Made by a program: the position numbers and the translations under genes. The notes beneath the pieces are model-generated. The model made no database searches. It was not told the origin of the DNA and was given only the letters and a program-made list of their open reading frames with translations. Shown here one piece after another: positions 46,918-56,179 of a stretch of 64,000 nt of DNA. Position 1 is the stretch's first letter, and each line of letters begins with the position of its first letter. The stretch is taken from the NCBI GenBank assembly GCA_018817715.1, contig JAHITT010000004.1, positions 125,784-189,783 on the forward strand, written 5' to 3'. The stretch comes from Patescibacteria group bacterium (GTDB lineage: Bacteria; Patescibacteriota; Patescibacteriia; Veblenbacterales; UBA10138).

Positions 46918-47311
46918 AAAAACTATAAGCTGTTAACTACTTAAGGCTGATATAATGCTAGCATCTTAAAACCACTTAAGACAAGACAAAAAAATAAAAT
47001 CAGAAATTACAAATTGAGTTAAACCGTCTTATGATGACAATTAATAATTCGCACCCTTTAATTCTAATTCTTGTTTGGTTACTTTGACCTAAAGCCTTAA
47101 AAATGTTATGTTATAGTTCACTTGTTTACTTTAAACCGCTTGGTGAAACGGTCGGAAAATCGGCCTTTTATTTTTGAACAAACCGCTGTAATCAAACGGT
47201 AAAAGGGTTAATACTATTAGTAAACATTTAATCATAATAATCTGGCATAAGGTTAAGCAAGTCGCCTGGCTTTTAAAAAAAATAAGCCCCTGGCTTAAGA
47301 AACCATTTAGC

Positions 47312-48535
47312 TTGCTAACCACCTTAATAAAAATTATCTCCCAACCAGTCGGTCAAGCCATCTGGCGTTTTTTGGTTGTCTGGCCGTATGATTTTTACCT
47401 ACGTTGGCACAGAAAATTACGCCAAGGCCAATTAAATTTTAATTTAAGACTGGTTTTAAGAAGTCACCGCACGATTTTAATTGCTTTAATCTGTGGCGGT
47501 TTATTAATTAGTCTTAATAATCTTCAAGCTAAACAAACTAATCGACAATTAACCGCTGGGCAAAATAATCTTATTTATCCTTTAATTAAAAATGAATTCG
47601 ACGGTACCATCATAGATGATAATACGCCTGGCATCCTCCCCCCCAGCCAAAATAGTCTGCAACTTAAAGCTGATAATACAGAAAGAGGCGTTGGTATTCC
47701 AACTGATCTGCCTATAACTTTAATAAATGGCACTTCTATTTTGAAACCCAATATTATTCACTCCCAAATTAGTGTAGCCAAACGACAAGAAATTGAAAAA
47801 TACACAGTTGAAACCGGTGACACCTTGGCCAGTATAGCCAAAAAATTCGGTTTAAGCCTTAACACTTTATTATGGGAAAATAATCTAAGAAGTGGCAGCC
47901 TAATTAGGCCCGGACAAAACATAACAATTTTGCCAATTAATGGCCTAAGTTACAAAATACGATCGGGTGACACTTTATCAGCCATTGCCAGCCGTTATCG
48001 AGTTTCCATTGATGCCATTACTGAAGCTAATCCTGTGGGTAACAAATTAACCATTGGCCAAAACATCATTATACCGGGTGCCCAGCCCCTAACAATCAGA
48101 ACCAGCCCAGTGGTAGCCAGCCAACCCGGACAAAACAATCTCCAACCGTCAGGCAGTAGTGCTTCTATTAGTAACACTAAATTACAATGGCCGACTGTTA
48201 GACGAAAAATTACTCAATATTATAGCTGGCGACACACTGGTTTAGATATTGCTGATAAAGTAGGCACCCCACTTTACGCTGCCGAAGACGGTGTTGTTAC
48301 GGTGGCTGGTTGGAATCGAGGCGGCTACGGTTATTACATAATTATTGACCACGGTGGCGGATTACAAACATTATACGGACACAATAGCAAACTATTCGTA
48401 TCGGTTGGAGAAAAAGTAAACCGCGGCCAAGAGATTGCCGCTATGGGGTCCACCGGCCGTTCTACTGGACCACATATTCATTTTGAAGTGCGCTTAAACG
48501 GCCGACGTCTTAATCCTTTAAGTTACACCCGCTAA
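47312..48535 (+). CDS. Peptidoglycan endopeptidase with LysM domains and a C-terminal M23 (LytM) peptidase domain.
   Basis: An N-terminal TM is followed by two LysM repeats (YTVETGDTLASIAKKFG...; YKIRSGDTLSAIASRY...). The C-terminal M23 signature is HTGLDI...GSTGRSTGPHIHFEV. The start is a TTG. Confidence 0.75.
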   Translation: MLTTLIKIISQPVGQAIWRFLVVWPYDFYLRWHRKLRQGQLNFNLRLVLRSHRTILIALICGGLLISLNNLQAKQTNRQLTAGQNNLIYPLIKNEFDGTIIDDNTPGILPPSQNSLQLKADNTERGVGIPTDLPITLINGTSILKPNIIHSQISVAKRQEIEKYTVETGDTLASIAKKFGLSLNTLLWENNLRSGSLIRPGQNITILPINGLSYKIRSGDTLSAIASRYRVSIDAITEANPVGNKLTIGQNIIIPGAQPLTIRTSPVVASQPGQNNLQPSGSSASISNTKLQWPTVRRKITQYYSWRHTGLDIADKVGTPLYAAEDGVVTVAGWNRGGYGYYIIIDHGGGLQTLYGHNSKLFVSVGEKVNRGQEIAAMGSTGRSTGPHIHFEVRLNGRRLNPLSYTR

Positions 48536-50058
48536 TTAAAATTAGCGCGCGGGCGATATTGCAAGGCCTCAGCCAAATGGTTTGTTCTAACTTCAGCTGA
48601 TCCGGCCAAATCGGCAATCGTCCGCGCTACTTTAAGCAAACGATGATAAGACCGACCAGAAAGCTGCCAACGCTCCATAGCTTGTTTTAATAAAAGAGAA
48701 CTGCCTGATTCTAAATTAATCCACTTTTTTAAATCCTGATTAGACATAGTGCTATTAAGTTGAACTGCCGAGTTGTTAAACCTAAGTAATTGTTTTTGCC
48801 TGGCCAAAATTACTCTTTGTTGAACAATTGAACTATTTTCACCCCCTTCAGCTGCCGCCATTTTAGAATAAGGTAAGCGCGGTACCATAATATGTAAATC
48901 AAACCGGTCCAACAACGGGCCAGACAGCCGTCTTTGATAACGATAAATTTGATTGACAGTACATTGGCAATCTTTTTTGGGATCACCAGCAAAACCACAA
49001 GGACAAGGATTAAGGGCGGCTATTAAAATAAATCTGGCTGGAAATTTTACACTACCGCTGGCCCGAGAAATTGTTACCCAACCCTCTTCCAAAGGTTGGC
49101 GCAAACTTTCTAAAACCGATCGAGGAAATTCTGGTAACTCATCCAAAAAAAGTACTCCTCGATGAGCTAATGATATTTCACCTGGCCGCAGGGCAGTACC
49201 ACCACCGATTAAAGATATTTCTGAAGCAGTATGATGGGGCGACCGACAAGGTCTTAAATAAACCAAAGGCTCCTCCTTGGTTAATAAACCGGCCACACTA
49301 TAAATAGCTGTTACCTCTAAAACCTCTTGCCTGGCTAAATCAGGCAACAAACCAGTTAAAGCTCGAGCTAATAAAGTTTTACCTGAACCAGGCGGCCCAA
49401 ATAATAACAAATTATGGCCACCAGCCGCTGCTATTTCTAAAGCTCTTTTAGCCTGCTCCTGACCATAAATATCAGCCAAATTAACCAAAGGATTAAATCC
49501 TTTGCTTTGCTTCAAACTAGTAACAGGTTGAGGTGATAAAATTTTACGACTAGTTAAATACTGTAAAACTTCAGCTAAATTATTAACAGCTAAAATTTTT
49601 ATATCTTCTATTAAAGCAGCCTCCTTAGCATTAGCTTGAGGTACCAACAAACAATCAAAACCCAAACGTCGAGCCGCCTGAGCCATAACCAAAATACCCT
49701 TAACTGGCCGTAAATCACCAGCCAAAGACAGTTCCCCAATAAACAAAAGCTTCTTTAAATCAACCGCTGGTTTTAATTGACCACTAGCTAAAAGCAAGGC
49801 CAAGGCGATGGGTAAATCGTAAGAGGAGCCTTCTTTTTTTAAATCAGCCGGTGCTAAATTTACTGTTACCTTTGTCCTAGGAAAATAACAATCAGAATTT
49901 TTTAAAGCCGAACGAACCCTCTCTTTAGCCTCATCAACCGCCTTGTCAGGCAAACCTACAATAAAAATACCTGGTAATTGACTGGAGGTATCTGCCTCTA
50001 CCTCAATTAACCTGGCTGCTAGACCTAAAACATGGATAGTAAATACTTTAGCTGCCAT
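48532..50058 (-). CDS. comM: Mg-chelatase-like AAA+ ATPase of the YifB/ComM family.
   Basis: 508 aa with an N-terminal Lon-like domain and a Walker A motif LLFGPPGSGKTLLA. The sensor and arginine-finger regions are typical of ComM. Confidence 0.8.
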   Translation of the reverse strand: MAAKVFTIHVLGLAARLIEVEADTSSQLPGIFIVGLPDKAVDEAKERVRSALKNSDCYFPRTKVTVNLAPADLKKEGSSYDLPIALALLLASGQLKPAVDLKKLLFIGELSLAGDLRPVKGILVMAQAARRLGFDCLLVPQANAKEAALIEDIKILAVNNLAEVLQYLTSRKILSPQPVTSLKQSKGFNPLVNLADIYGQEQAKRALEIAAAGGHNLLLFGPPGSGKTLLARALTGLLPDLARQEVLEVTAIYSVAGLLTKEEPLVYLRPCRSPHHTASEISLIGGGTALRPGEISLAHRGVLFLDELPEFPRSVLESLRQPLEEGWVTISRASGSVKFPARFILIAALNPCPCGFAGDPKKDCQCTVNQIYRYQRRLSGPLLDRFDLHIMVPRLPYSKMAAAEGGENSSIVQQRVILARQKQLLRFNNSAVQLNSTMSNQDLKKWINLESGSSLLLKQAMERWQLSGRSYHRLLKVARTIADLAGSAEVRTNHLAEALQYRPRANFN

Positions 50059-50488
50059 AAGGTTGTTTGATCCCTCTTAACAAACAACTTAAACCAATAA
50101 TTAAATAAACATCTGCCAGATTAAAAGAAAAAAAGTTAAACCAATGCCAATAATCCACTACGCCAGCCCAAAATAAACGATCATAAAAATTACTTAACCC
50201 ACCCACCAATAAAAAAAGCAACCCTGCCGTTAACCAAGTCCGGTCTAAGGGCCAAATTTTCAATAAACCAACCAACAAACCAACTATTATTAATAAATTA
50301 AAAATTACTAACCACCAATTAGACAAAGGCAAACTAAAAATACCTTGGGAATTAAGAGAAAAGCCAAAAGAAAAAAAACTCTGACCAATCGTTTTAATCG
50401 GCTGAGTTACTGCCCCTTGTTTTATCAAACGGTCAACTATTAATAACACCATAACCCCTCCCAGGGTGCTAAAAGACCTTTTAATCAT
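50048..50488 (-). CDS. lspA: Lipoprotein signal peptidase (signal peptidase II).
   Basis: 146 aa with 4 TM helices and the motifs VGGLSNFYDRL and FNLADVYLIIG (catalytic Asp). Confidence 0.7.
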   Translation of the reverse strand: MIKRSFSTLGGVMVLLIVDRLIKQGAVTQPIKTIGQSFFSFGFSLNSQGIFSLPLSNWWLVIFNLLIIVGLLVGLLKIWPLDRTWLTAGLLFLLVGGLSNFYDRLFWAGVVDYWHWFNFFSFNLADVYLIIGLSCLLRGIKQPYGS

Positions 50489-50853
50489 TAAAGCTTATTT
50501 AACAATTTGGTTTTACAATCAACACAAGAACTTGATTCTGGTCGAGCCCGCAGGCGTCGCTCATCAATCTTTGTTTGGCAATATTTACACACACCATAAC
50601 TACCGTCCGTTATCCTACGTAAAGCTGACTCCACATCTTCTAAGGTTTCTTCTAAAGCCCTGTTTAAAGACAACTTATCAGAAAAAGTCGCCACTTCAGC
50701 GGCATTTTCATCATCTTTATCGCCATATTCAGGCCAAGTAGCTTTGTCGGTTTTTTTACCAGATTCAGCCTTGACCAAATCCAACTCCTGCCGCAAGCGG
50801 TTTTGAGTCTGGCCTAAAATAGTCTTCATTTCTTCAACAAAAGTTTGCTTCAT
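50488..50853 (-). CDS. Zinc-finger regulator of the DksA/TraR family.
   Basis: 121 aa with the C4 finger CKYCQTKIDERRLRARPESSSCVDCK and an N-terminal coiled coil. Confidence 0.6.
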   Translation of the reverse strand: MKQTFVEEMKTILGQTQNRLRQELDLVKAESGKKTDKATWPEYGDKDDENAAEVATFSDKLSLNRALEETLEDVESALRRITDGSYGVCKYCQTKIDERRLRARPESSSCVDCKTKLLNKL

Positions 50854-51003
50854 AAATTTTAGCTGCCAACTAAGATCTACCCAATAAAATGTAGTGGAAT
50901 TATAGCCTGAGAGTTAAATTTATTCAAGCCTTAAAAGGGTTTTGGCTAATTTGGCAATAATATTAAATTACAAGACTAGTTATTTAATCTGTTAAAATTT
51001 AAC

Positions 51004-51038
51004 AATAAAAATAGGCGCCAGTAGGCGCCCATTTTTTA
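51004..51038 (-). terminator. Bidirectional terminator-like hairpin in the pnp-dksA intergenic region.
   Basis: aataaaaat-ggcgcc-agta-ggcgcc-cattttttaaaaaa forms a 6-bp GC stem flanked by an A-run and a T-run. Confidence 0.4.
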
Positions 51039-51504
51039 AAAAACTTAATTAATGGCGTACTGGCGCCTTAATTGCGACGCTTGCGCTACTTAGTAAATCC
51101 CAAATTAATTTGAAACTTGCTAAGAATGTATCCTCAAGCGACTTGATTAGGCGCGTACACTGGCTAAATATAAAGTACGCTTTGTTCTTACCGTCCTGTG
51201 GCAACTCTCCCACCCTTATTAAGGCAGAAGCGCCATTTTAGTTTTTGTTTCAAAATTTTTTTTGGTACTGCCACCAGTTAACAGTTCCAAAAGGACAGTA
51301 AGAAAAGAATTATTGCCAAATTTTATCTAGCCACAAATCTTTACCTCTGTCTTTTTAAAGAACATCTTTAATATAGCATACTTTTTAAAATCAGTCAATA
51401 GCTATTTTTTAGCTTAAATTAAACAAAAAACCTCTATAATAGATGGGCACATATTATGTTCATTATCCACAGTAATCACAACTTATCCACAAAAATAACC
51501 ACAA

Positions 51505-51556
51505 CTAAAAACCAGCTTATTCACCAATTAATTAACTGGTTTAAGCTGGTTTTTCG
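51505..51556 (-). terminator. Rho-independent terminator downstream of pnp.
   Basis: aaaaaccagctta...taagctggttttt forms a 10-bp stem flanked by an A-run and a T-run, 20 nt after the pnp stop. Confidence 0.55.
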
Positions 51557-51577
51557 CTAACCTTAAATAAATATTAA

Positions 51578-53809
51578 CTAACGTCTTGAACCATGTCCTT
51601 GTGATTCTCGACCGCGCCCACCAGCAAAAGGCCGACTATTACGAGCCGGCTGATAAGCTGTCTCAGCGGAAGCAACATAACCCTCGGGTTTAGGTAAAAG
51701 CTGTTTATGGGACAAATTAACCCGTCCTTGATCATCTATCTCAGTCACCTTCACTTCTATCTCATCGCCTACATTAACCGCTTCCTGCACAGTATTAATT
51801 CTGGCCCAAGCCAATTCAGAAATATGAACCAAACCTTCAGTCCGAGGCAATATTTCCACAAAAGCCCCAAAATTCATTAAACGAGTTACCTTGCCTTTAT
51901 AAACTTCACCGACTACTACCTGCCGAGTAAGATTCTTTATCCAATCAACTGCTTGAGCTGAACCCGAAGCATTATTAGAAGTTACCATGACCAAACCACT
52001 ATCCTCGATATCTATAGCTACACCCGTTACAGCAATGATTTCATTGATCATCTTGCCACCTGGCCCAATAACATCTCTAATTTTATCAACTGGTATATAA
52101 AAAGAGATTATTCTAGGAGCGTAAGGTGACATTTCTGGCCGGGGCTGGGCTAAAGCCTTAGACATCACTTCTAATATCTGTAATCTAGCTTCCTTAGCTT
52201 TGTTTAAAGTTTCTTCTACTATAGCCAAAGAAATACCACCTAATTTAATATCTAGTTGAACAGCCGTAATACCTTTAGTCGTACCACCAACTTTAAAATC
52301 CATATCGCCAGAATGATCTTCAATACCTTGAATATCAGTCAAAATGGCATATTTAGTCGGCTGATCCAAATCGGTTATTAAACCCATAGCTATACCAGCC
52401 ACTGGCGCACTAATTGGTACACCGGCATCCATTAAAGCCAAAGAGGATCCACAAATGGAAGCCTGAGAAGAAGAACCATTAGAAGATAACACTTCGGAAA
52501 CCACTCTAATAGTGTAAGGAAACTTTTCTTTGTCTTGAGGAATCACTGGCATCAAAGCTTTTTCTGCTAGAGCACCATGGCCAATTTCCCGGCGACCCGG
52601 TGAACGAATTGGTTTTACTTCGCCTACTGAATAAGCTGGAAAATTATAATGATGCATATAGCGCTTTTTACCATCTTCTTCCATGCCATCTAAAGTCTGT
52701 TCATCACCTGGGCTACCTAAGGTCACCACCGATAAAACTTGCGTTTCGCCACGTTGAAACAAACCACTACCATGAGTACGCGGTAACAAACCTACTTCCG
52801 CTGACAAAGACCTAATTTGATCAAAAGCCCGACCATCTACTCTTTTACCAGTTGCTAAAACATACTGGCGTGAAGCTTTATCCAAATAAAACTCTATCAA
52901 CTTTAAGCCTCGACCGGCCTCTTCTTTACTAACCTCATTATCAGCTTTTAAAGCCTCGGACAAACCTTGTTCTATTTGACGTAAACCATCCTTAAAAGAC
53001 TGCTTGGAAGAGCCACCAAATAATGAATCAAATTTACCATTTAAATACTGCTCCACCTTAGCTTTAAGTTTGGCTTGTTGTTCTTTAAGTTCAGTAGAAA
53101 TTTCTATTTCAGCCAATTTAGGTTGAGCGCAAGCTTGAATAACCTCCTGCATAAAAGGAAACAATTTGGCGATTTGTTGATGACCAAAAGTTATAGCGGC
53201 AGACATATCAGCTTCTACAACTTCTTGGCTACCTGCTTCCAACATAACTATTTCTTCAGCCGTAGCCGAAATAAAAACATCCAAATCCGACTTACTTCTA
53301 GCTTCATAAGAAGGATTAAAAACCCATTGACCATCAACCCGACCAACTCGGCCAGCCGCAATCGGACCTGACCACTTAACCGGTGAAATAGCCAAAGCCA
53401 AAGAAGCGGCTAACAAAGATGGTACATCTGGATCGTTTTCTCCATCCACAGACAAAACCGTAACCATTACTTGAACATCTCGCCGTTCACTGTCACCAAA
53501 TAACGGCCGCACCGAACGATCAATTACTCGAGCGGTTAGAATAGCCTCATCGGTAGGGCGGCCTTCTCGTTTAATAAACCGAGAACCTTTAATTTTTCCA
53601 GCTGCATACAATCTTTCTTCGTAATCCACCATCAAAGGGAAATAATCTATACCCTCCCTTGGGGTAGAAGCTTGAACAACTGTTGCTAAAACAACTGTAT
53701 CGCCGTAACGAACAGTACAAGCACCTTGGGCCTGATTGGCTAATTTACCAACTTCCACCTCTAAAGGCTGGCCGGCTAATTCGTGCTTAAAAATTTTTAC
53801 ATTACTCAT
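51578..53809 (-). CDS. pnp: Polyribonucleotide nucleotidyltransferase (PNPase).
   Basis: 743 aa with two RNase PH domains followed by KH and S1 domains. A Gly/Arg-rich C-terminal tail is present. Confidence 0.9.
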   Translation of the reverse strand: MSNVKIFKHELAGQPLEVEVGKLANQAQGACTVRYGDTVVLATVVQASTPREGIDYFPLMVDYEERLYAAGKIKGSRFIKREGRPTDEAILTARVIDRSVRPLFGDSERRDVQVMVTVLSVDGENDPDVPSLLAASLALAISPVKWSGPIAAGRVGRVDGQWVFNPSYEARSKSDLDVFISATAEEIVMLEAGSQEVVEADMSAAITFGHQQIAKLFPFMQEVIQACAQPKLAEIEISTELKEQQAKLKAKVEQYLNGKFDSLFGGSSKQSFKDGLRQIEQGLSEALKADNEVSKEEAGRGLKLIEFYLDKASRQYVLATGKRVDGRAFDQIRSLSAEVGLLPRTHGSGLFQRGETQVLSVVTLGSPGDEQTLDGMEEDGKKRYMHHYNFPAYSVGEVKPIRSPGRREIGHGALAEKALMPVIPQDKEKFPYTIRVVSEVLSSNGSSSQASICGSSLALMDAGVPISAPVAGIAMGLITDLDQPTKYAILTDIQGIEDHSGDMDFKVGGTTKGITAVQLDIKLGGISLAIVEETLNKAKEARLQILEVMSKALAQPRPEMSPYAPRIISFYIPVDKIRDVIGPGGKMINEIIAVTGVAIDIEDSGLVMVTSNNASGSAQAVDWIKNLTRQVVVGEVYKGKVTRLMNFGAFVEILPRTEGLVHISELAWARINTVQEAVNVGDEIEVKVTEIDDQGRVNLSHKQLLPKPEGYVASAETAYQPARNSRPFAGGRGRESQGHGSRR

Positions 53810-53962
53810 TGATAACTAATTCCTTATGGCGTTGTTGGCCAAAAACTTTTTGGGAGATTGGTTATTTGAAAGGAGCTGGCCTTAAAACAAGGCAACCTCT
53901 CTTCAAATAACATATCCAACCCTAGATTGAACCAAACCACGCTTAATTAATAATTTTTTAAT

Positions 53963-54490
53963 CTACTTAGAACGTCTAATTTGACCTTGACGACCTCTTA
54001 ATAAGAACTTATTTTTTTCTTCTGACAAGTCAAAAAAATCATCCGCTTGCTCTTTTAATTTCGCTGAGGTGGTTTCAATAAAAGCCATAACTTCCACCCG
54101 CTGGCCCAAAAACTGCAAATACTGAACTAAAGGCACAAAGTCACCGTCGCCAGTTACTAAAATAACCACATCCAACTTATTAGCCATAGTCACAGCGTCA
54201 ATAGTTATACCAACATCCCAATCGCCCTTTTTGGCTCCCCCCACGAAAACCTGCAGATCTTTCATATTTACTTCAAAACCCTGTTTATCCAAAGCTTCAA
54301 AAAACTTTATTTCCTCAGGTGCTTCAGCCTTAACTACGTAGGCCACTGCCCGAATAAGTTTTCGATCTTGCACAGCCTGCTGCAAGATATTGGCAAAATT
54401 AACCCGAGAACCATAAAGGTTGCGGGCTGAATAATACATATTCTGCACATCGACAAAAACTCCAACGCGCTGATCTTTGTGTTTAAGCAT
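53963..54490 (-). CDS. NYN-domain (LabA-like, PIN-related) protein.
   Basis: 175 aa with VGVFVDVQNMYYSA...DVGITIDAVTMA...VILVTGDGDFVPLV, typical of the NYN/LabA family. It lies between rpsO and pnp. Confidence 0.6.
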   Translation of the reverse strand: MLKHKDQRVGVFVDVQNMYYSARNLYGSRVNFANILQQAVQDRKLIRAVAYVVKAEAPEEIKFFEALDKQGFEVNMKDLQVFVGGAKKGDWDVGITIDAVTMANKLDVVILVTGDGDFVPLVQYLQFLGQRVEVMAFIETTSAKLKEQADDFFDLSEEKNKFLLRGRQGQIRRSK

Positions 54491-54507
54491 ATTAACTCTA
54501 ATTCTTT

Positions 54508-54852
54508 CTAAGATTCATCCGACTCCACAGATTGCTCTATCGACTCTTCGGCTTCTTCGCCTAAAATAGCCGACTGGTCAGAAATCTTAACTTTAAGTTT
54601 TAATTTCTTTACTATTTCTTCAAAACTAACTTTATTCTCACGTTGTAAAAATTTAAGCAATTTACGGCGTTGATTAACCTTTTTAATCAGACCACGACGA
54701 GAAGAAAAATCTTTCTTATGACCCTTTAAATGCTCGGTTAATCGGGTTATTTCTTCGGTCAGAATAGCTATCTGAACTTCGGCCGAACCTGTATCCTGAT
54801 CATGCGTCTTAAACTTCTTAATTATCTTATCCTTAGCTACTTTATCCAACAT
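54508..54852 (-). CDS. rpsO: 30S ribosomal protein S15 with an acidic C-terminal extension.
   Basis: The core reads TGSAEVQIAILTEEITRLTEHLKGHKKDFSSRRGLIKKVNQRRKLLKFLQ. The start is taken at the MLDKV ATG, with GAGGA 8 nt upstream. It has the classic position upstream of pnp. Confidence 0.8.
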   Translation of the reverse strand: MLDKVAKDKIIKKFKTHDQDTGSAEVQIAILTEEITRLTEHLKGHKKDFSSRRGLIKKVNQRRKLLKFLQRENKVSFEEIVKKLKLKVKISDQSAILGEEAEESIEQSVESDES

Positions 54853-55044
54853 ATTTTTATCCTCTATGAGCGTCGAGTCGAGTTTAGGGATTTTCCACCA
54901 ACCCAAGTTCGCGCCTTAATGATTAAGCGACATAACTGTAACAGATTAAACAAATAAAATCAAGTGCTAAGGGTAAGGTAATTAAAAAACAATATTTTTG
55001 CTTAATTTTAAGATGTGTCGTAAAATATGAACAACTGAAAAAAT

Positions 55045-55923
55045 ATGCCTAACCAATCTACCAATTTAATAAAAACTTTCTTAACTGATTTGGAAAATCA
55101 GGGGAAAAATAATCTGACTATAAAAAATTATCAACTATATTTAAAAAAATTCGCTCTATGGCTTAAAACAAAAAACCTAAGTCTGCCACAAGTTGATAGT
55201 TTGGTAATAAAAAACTTTGCTCAGAGCCTGGCTAACCAACAGCCAACTTTAAAAAATAATACCATTAATTATCATTTAACAGCTCTGCGTTCCTTCAATC
55301 GATTCTTAAAAAATAAAAATCTTTCTAATCTAAAAACCAATGATATAAAATTAAATCCCTTAAAAAGGAAAACGGTCACAAAAGAAATCGACCCAACAGA
55401 TAAATTACACCAAGCAATCCAATCAACCCTAGCCAGTCAAGTTATTAACTTAAGAGATTCAACTATAATAGAATTGCTTTTAACTAATGGCCTAAAAGTT
55501 TCGGAGGTTTCCAACCTAACTAAAGCCGATGTTGATTTTGAAAAAAAAGAACTAACTGTAAAAAAATCAAAGCACACTCGAAAATTAATTCTAACCGCAG
55601 AATCTCAACAATTATTAATAAATTATTTAAAAGAACGGCATGATACTGACCCAGCTTTATTTATTAACCACGACCGAGCGGCTAAATCTGCTAAACGGAC
55701 TCAAAAAATCAACCATAATTTAAGCAGTCGCAGCATCCAAAGATTAATCGCTTATTATGGACGACTGGCCGGTTTAGAAAAACCACTAACTCCTAGTCAT
55801 TTAAGAAAAATTTACAGTCAAAAATTAATTCAAAATAAAATTCCAACAATTCAGATTAAAAGCCTTCTTGGTTACAAACATACTAGTAGTATTAATTGGT
55901 ATAAACCCAGTCAGGTTGACTAA
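55045..55923 (+). CDS. Tyrosine site-specific recombinase of the XerC/XerD phage-integrase family.
   Basis: 292 aa with an N-terminal SAM-like core-binding domain. The C-terminal catalytic residues are ...LLTNGLKVSEV (R), HLRKIY (HxxR) and LLGYKHTS (Y). Confidence 0.75.
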   Translation: MPNQSTNLIKTFLTDLENQGKNNLTIKNYQLYLKKFALWLKTKNLSLPQVDSLVIKNFAQSLANQQPTLKNNTINYHLTALRSFNRFLKNKNLSNLKTNDIKLNPLKRKTVTKEIDPTDKLHQAIQSTLASQVINLRDSTIIELLLTNGLKVSEVSNLTKADVDFEKKELTVKKSKHTRKLILTAESQQLLINYLKERHDTDPALFINHDRAAKSAKRTQKINHNLSSRSIQRLIAYYGRLAGLEKPLTPSHLRKIYSQKLIQNKIPTIQIKSLLGYKHTSSINWYKPSQVD

Positions 55924-55985
55924 AACAGACAGTTGGCCTTAACTTATCGTTACAGTCTTTTAAGAAATTACTTGGTCTAACTTAT

Positions 55986-56057
55986 GCCCCTGTAGTTCAA
56001 TGGATAGAACTGTGGACTTCTAAGCCACTAATAGAGGTTCGATTCCTCTCAGGGGCA
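55986..56057 (+). tRNA. tRNA-Arg (anticodon TCT), with no CCA encoded.
   Basis: Acceptor GCCCCTG/CAGGGGC, D-arm GTTC-AATGGATA-GAAC, anticodon loop CTTCTAA, T-arm AGAGG-TTCGATT-CCTCT, discriminator A. Confidence 0.75.
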
Positions 56058-56179
56058 CAAGTTAGCTCAAGTCGCCAATCTAAAAAGAGTGGCGCAGTTG
56101 GCCTAAGCAAGTTATAATATATAACATATAAAAATATCTTCCCTCAAAAGATATTACTAATGGAGGTAACCTAAAAAAT

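Noticed and set aside
46918-47130. A T-box riboswitch upstream of leuS.
   Set aside because: The conserved T-box sequence (AGGGTGGNACCGCG) is absent from the leader; only a weak ACCCT..AATT resemblance exists.
47131-47322. A 63-aa minus-strand ORF.
   Set aside because: It lies in the divergent promoter region between leuS and the M23 peptidase, overlaps a promoter/terminator-like unit and has no motif.
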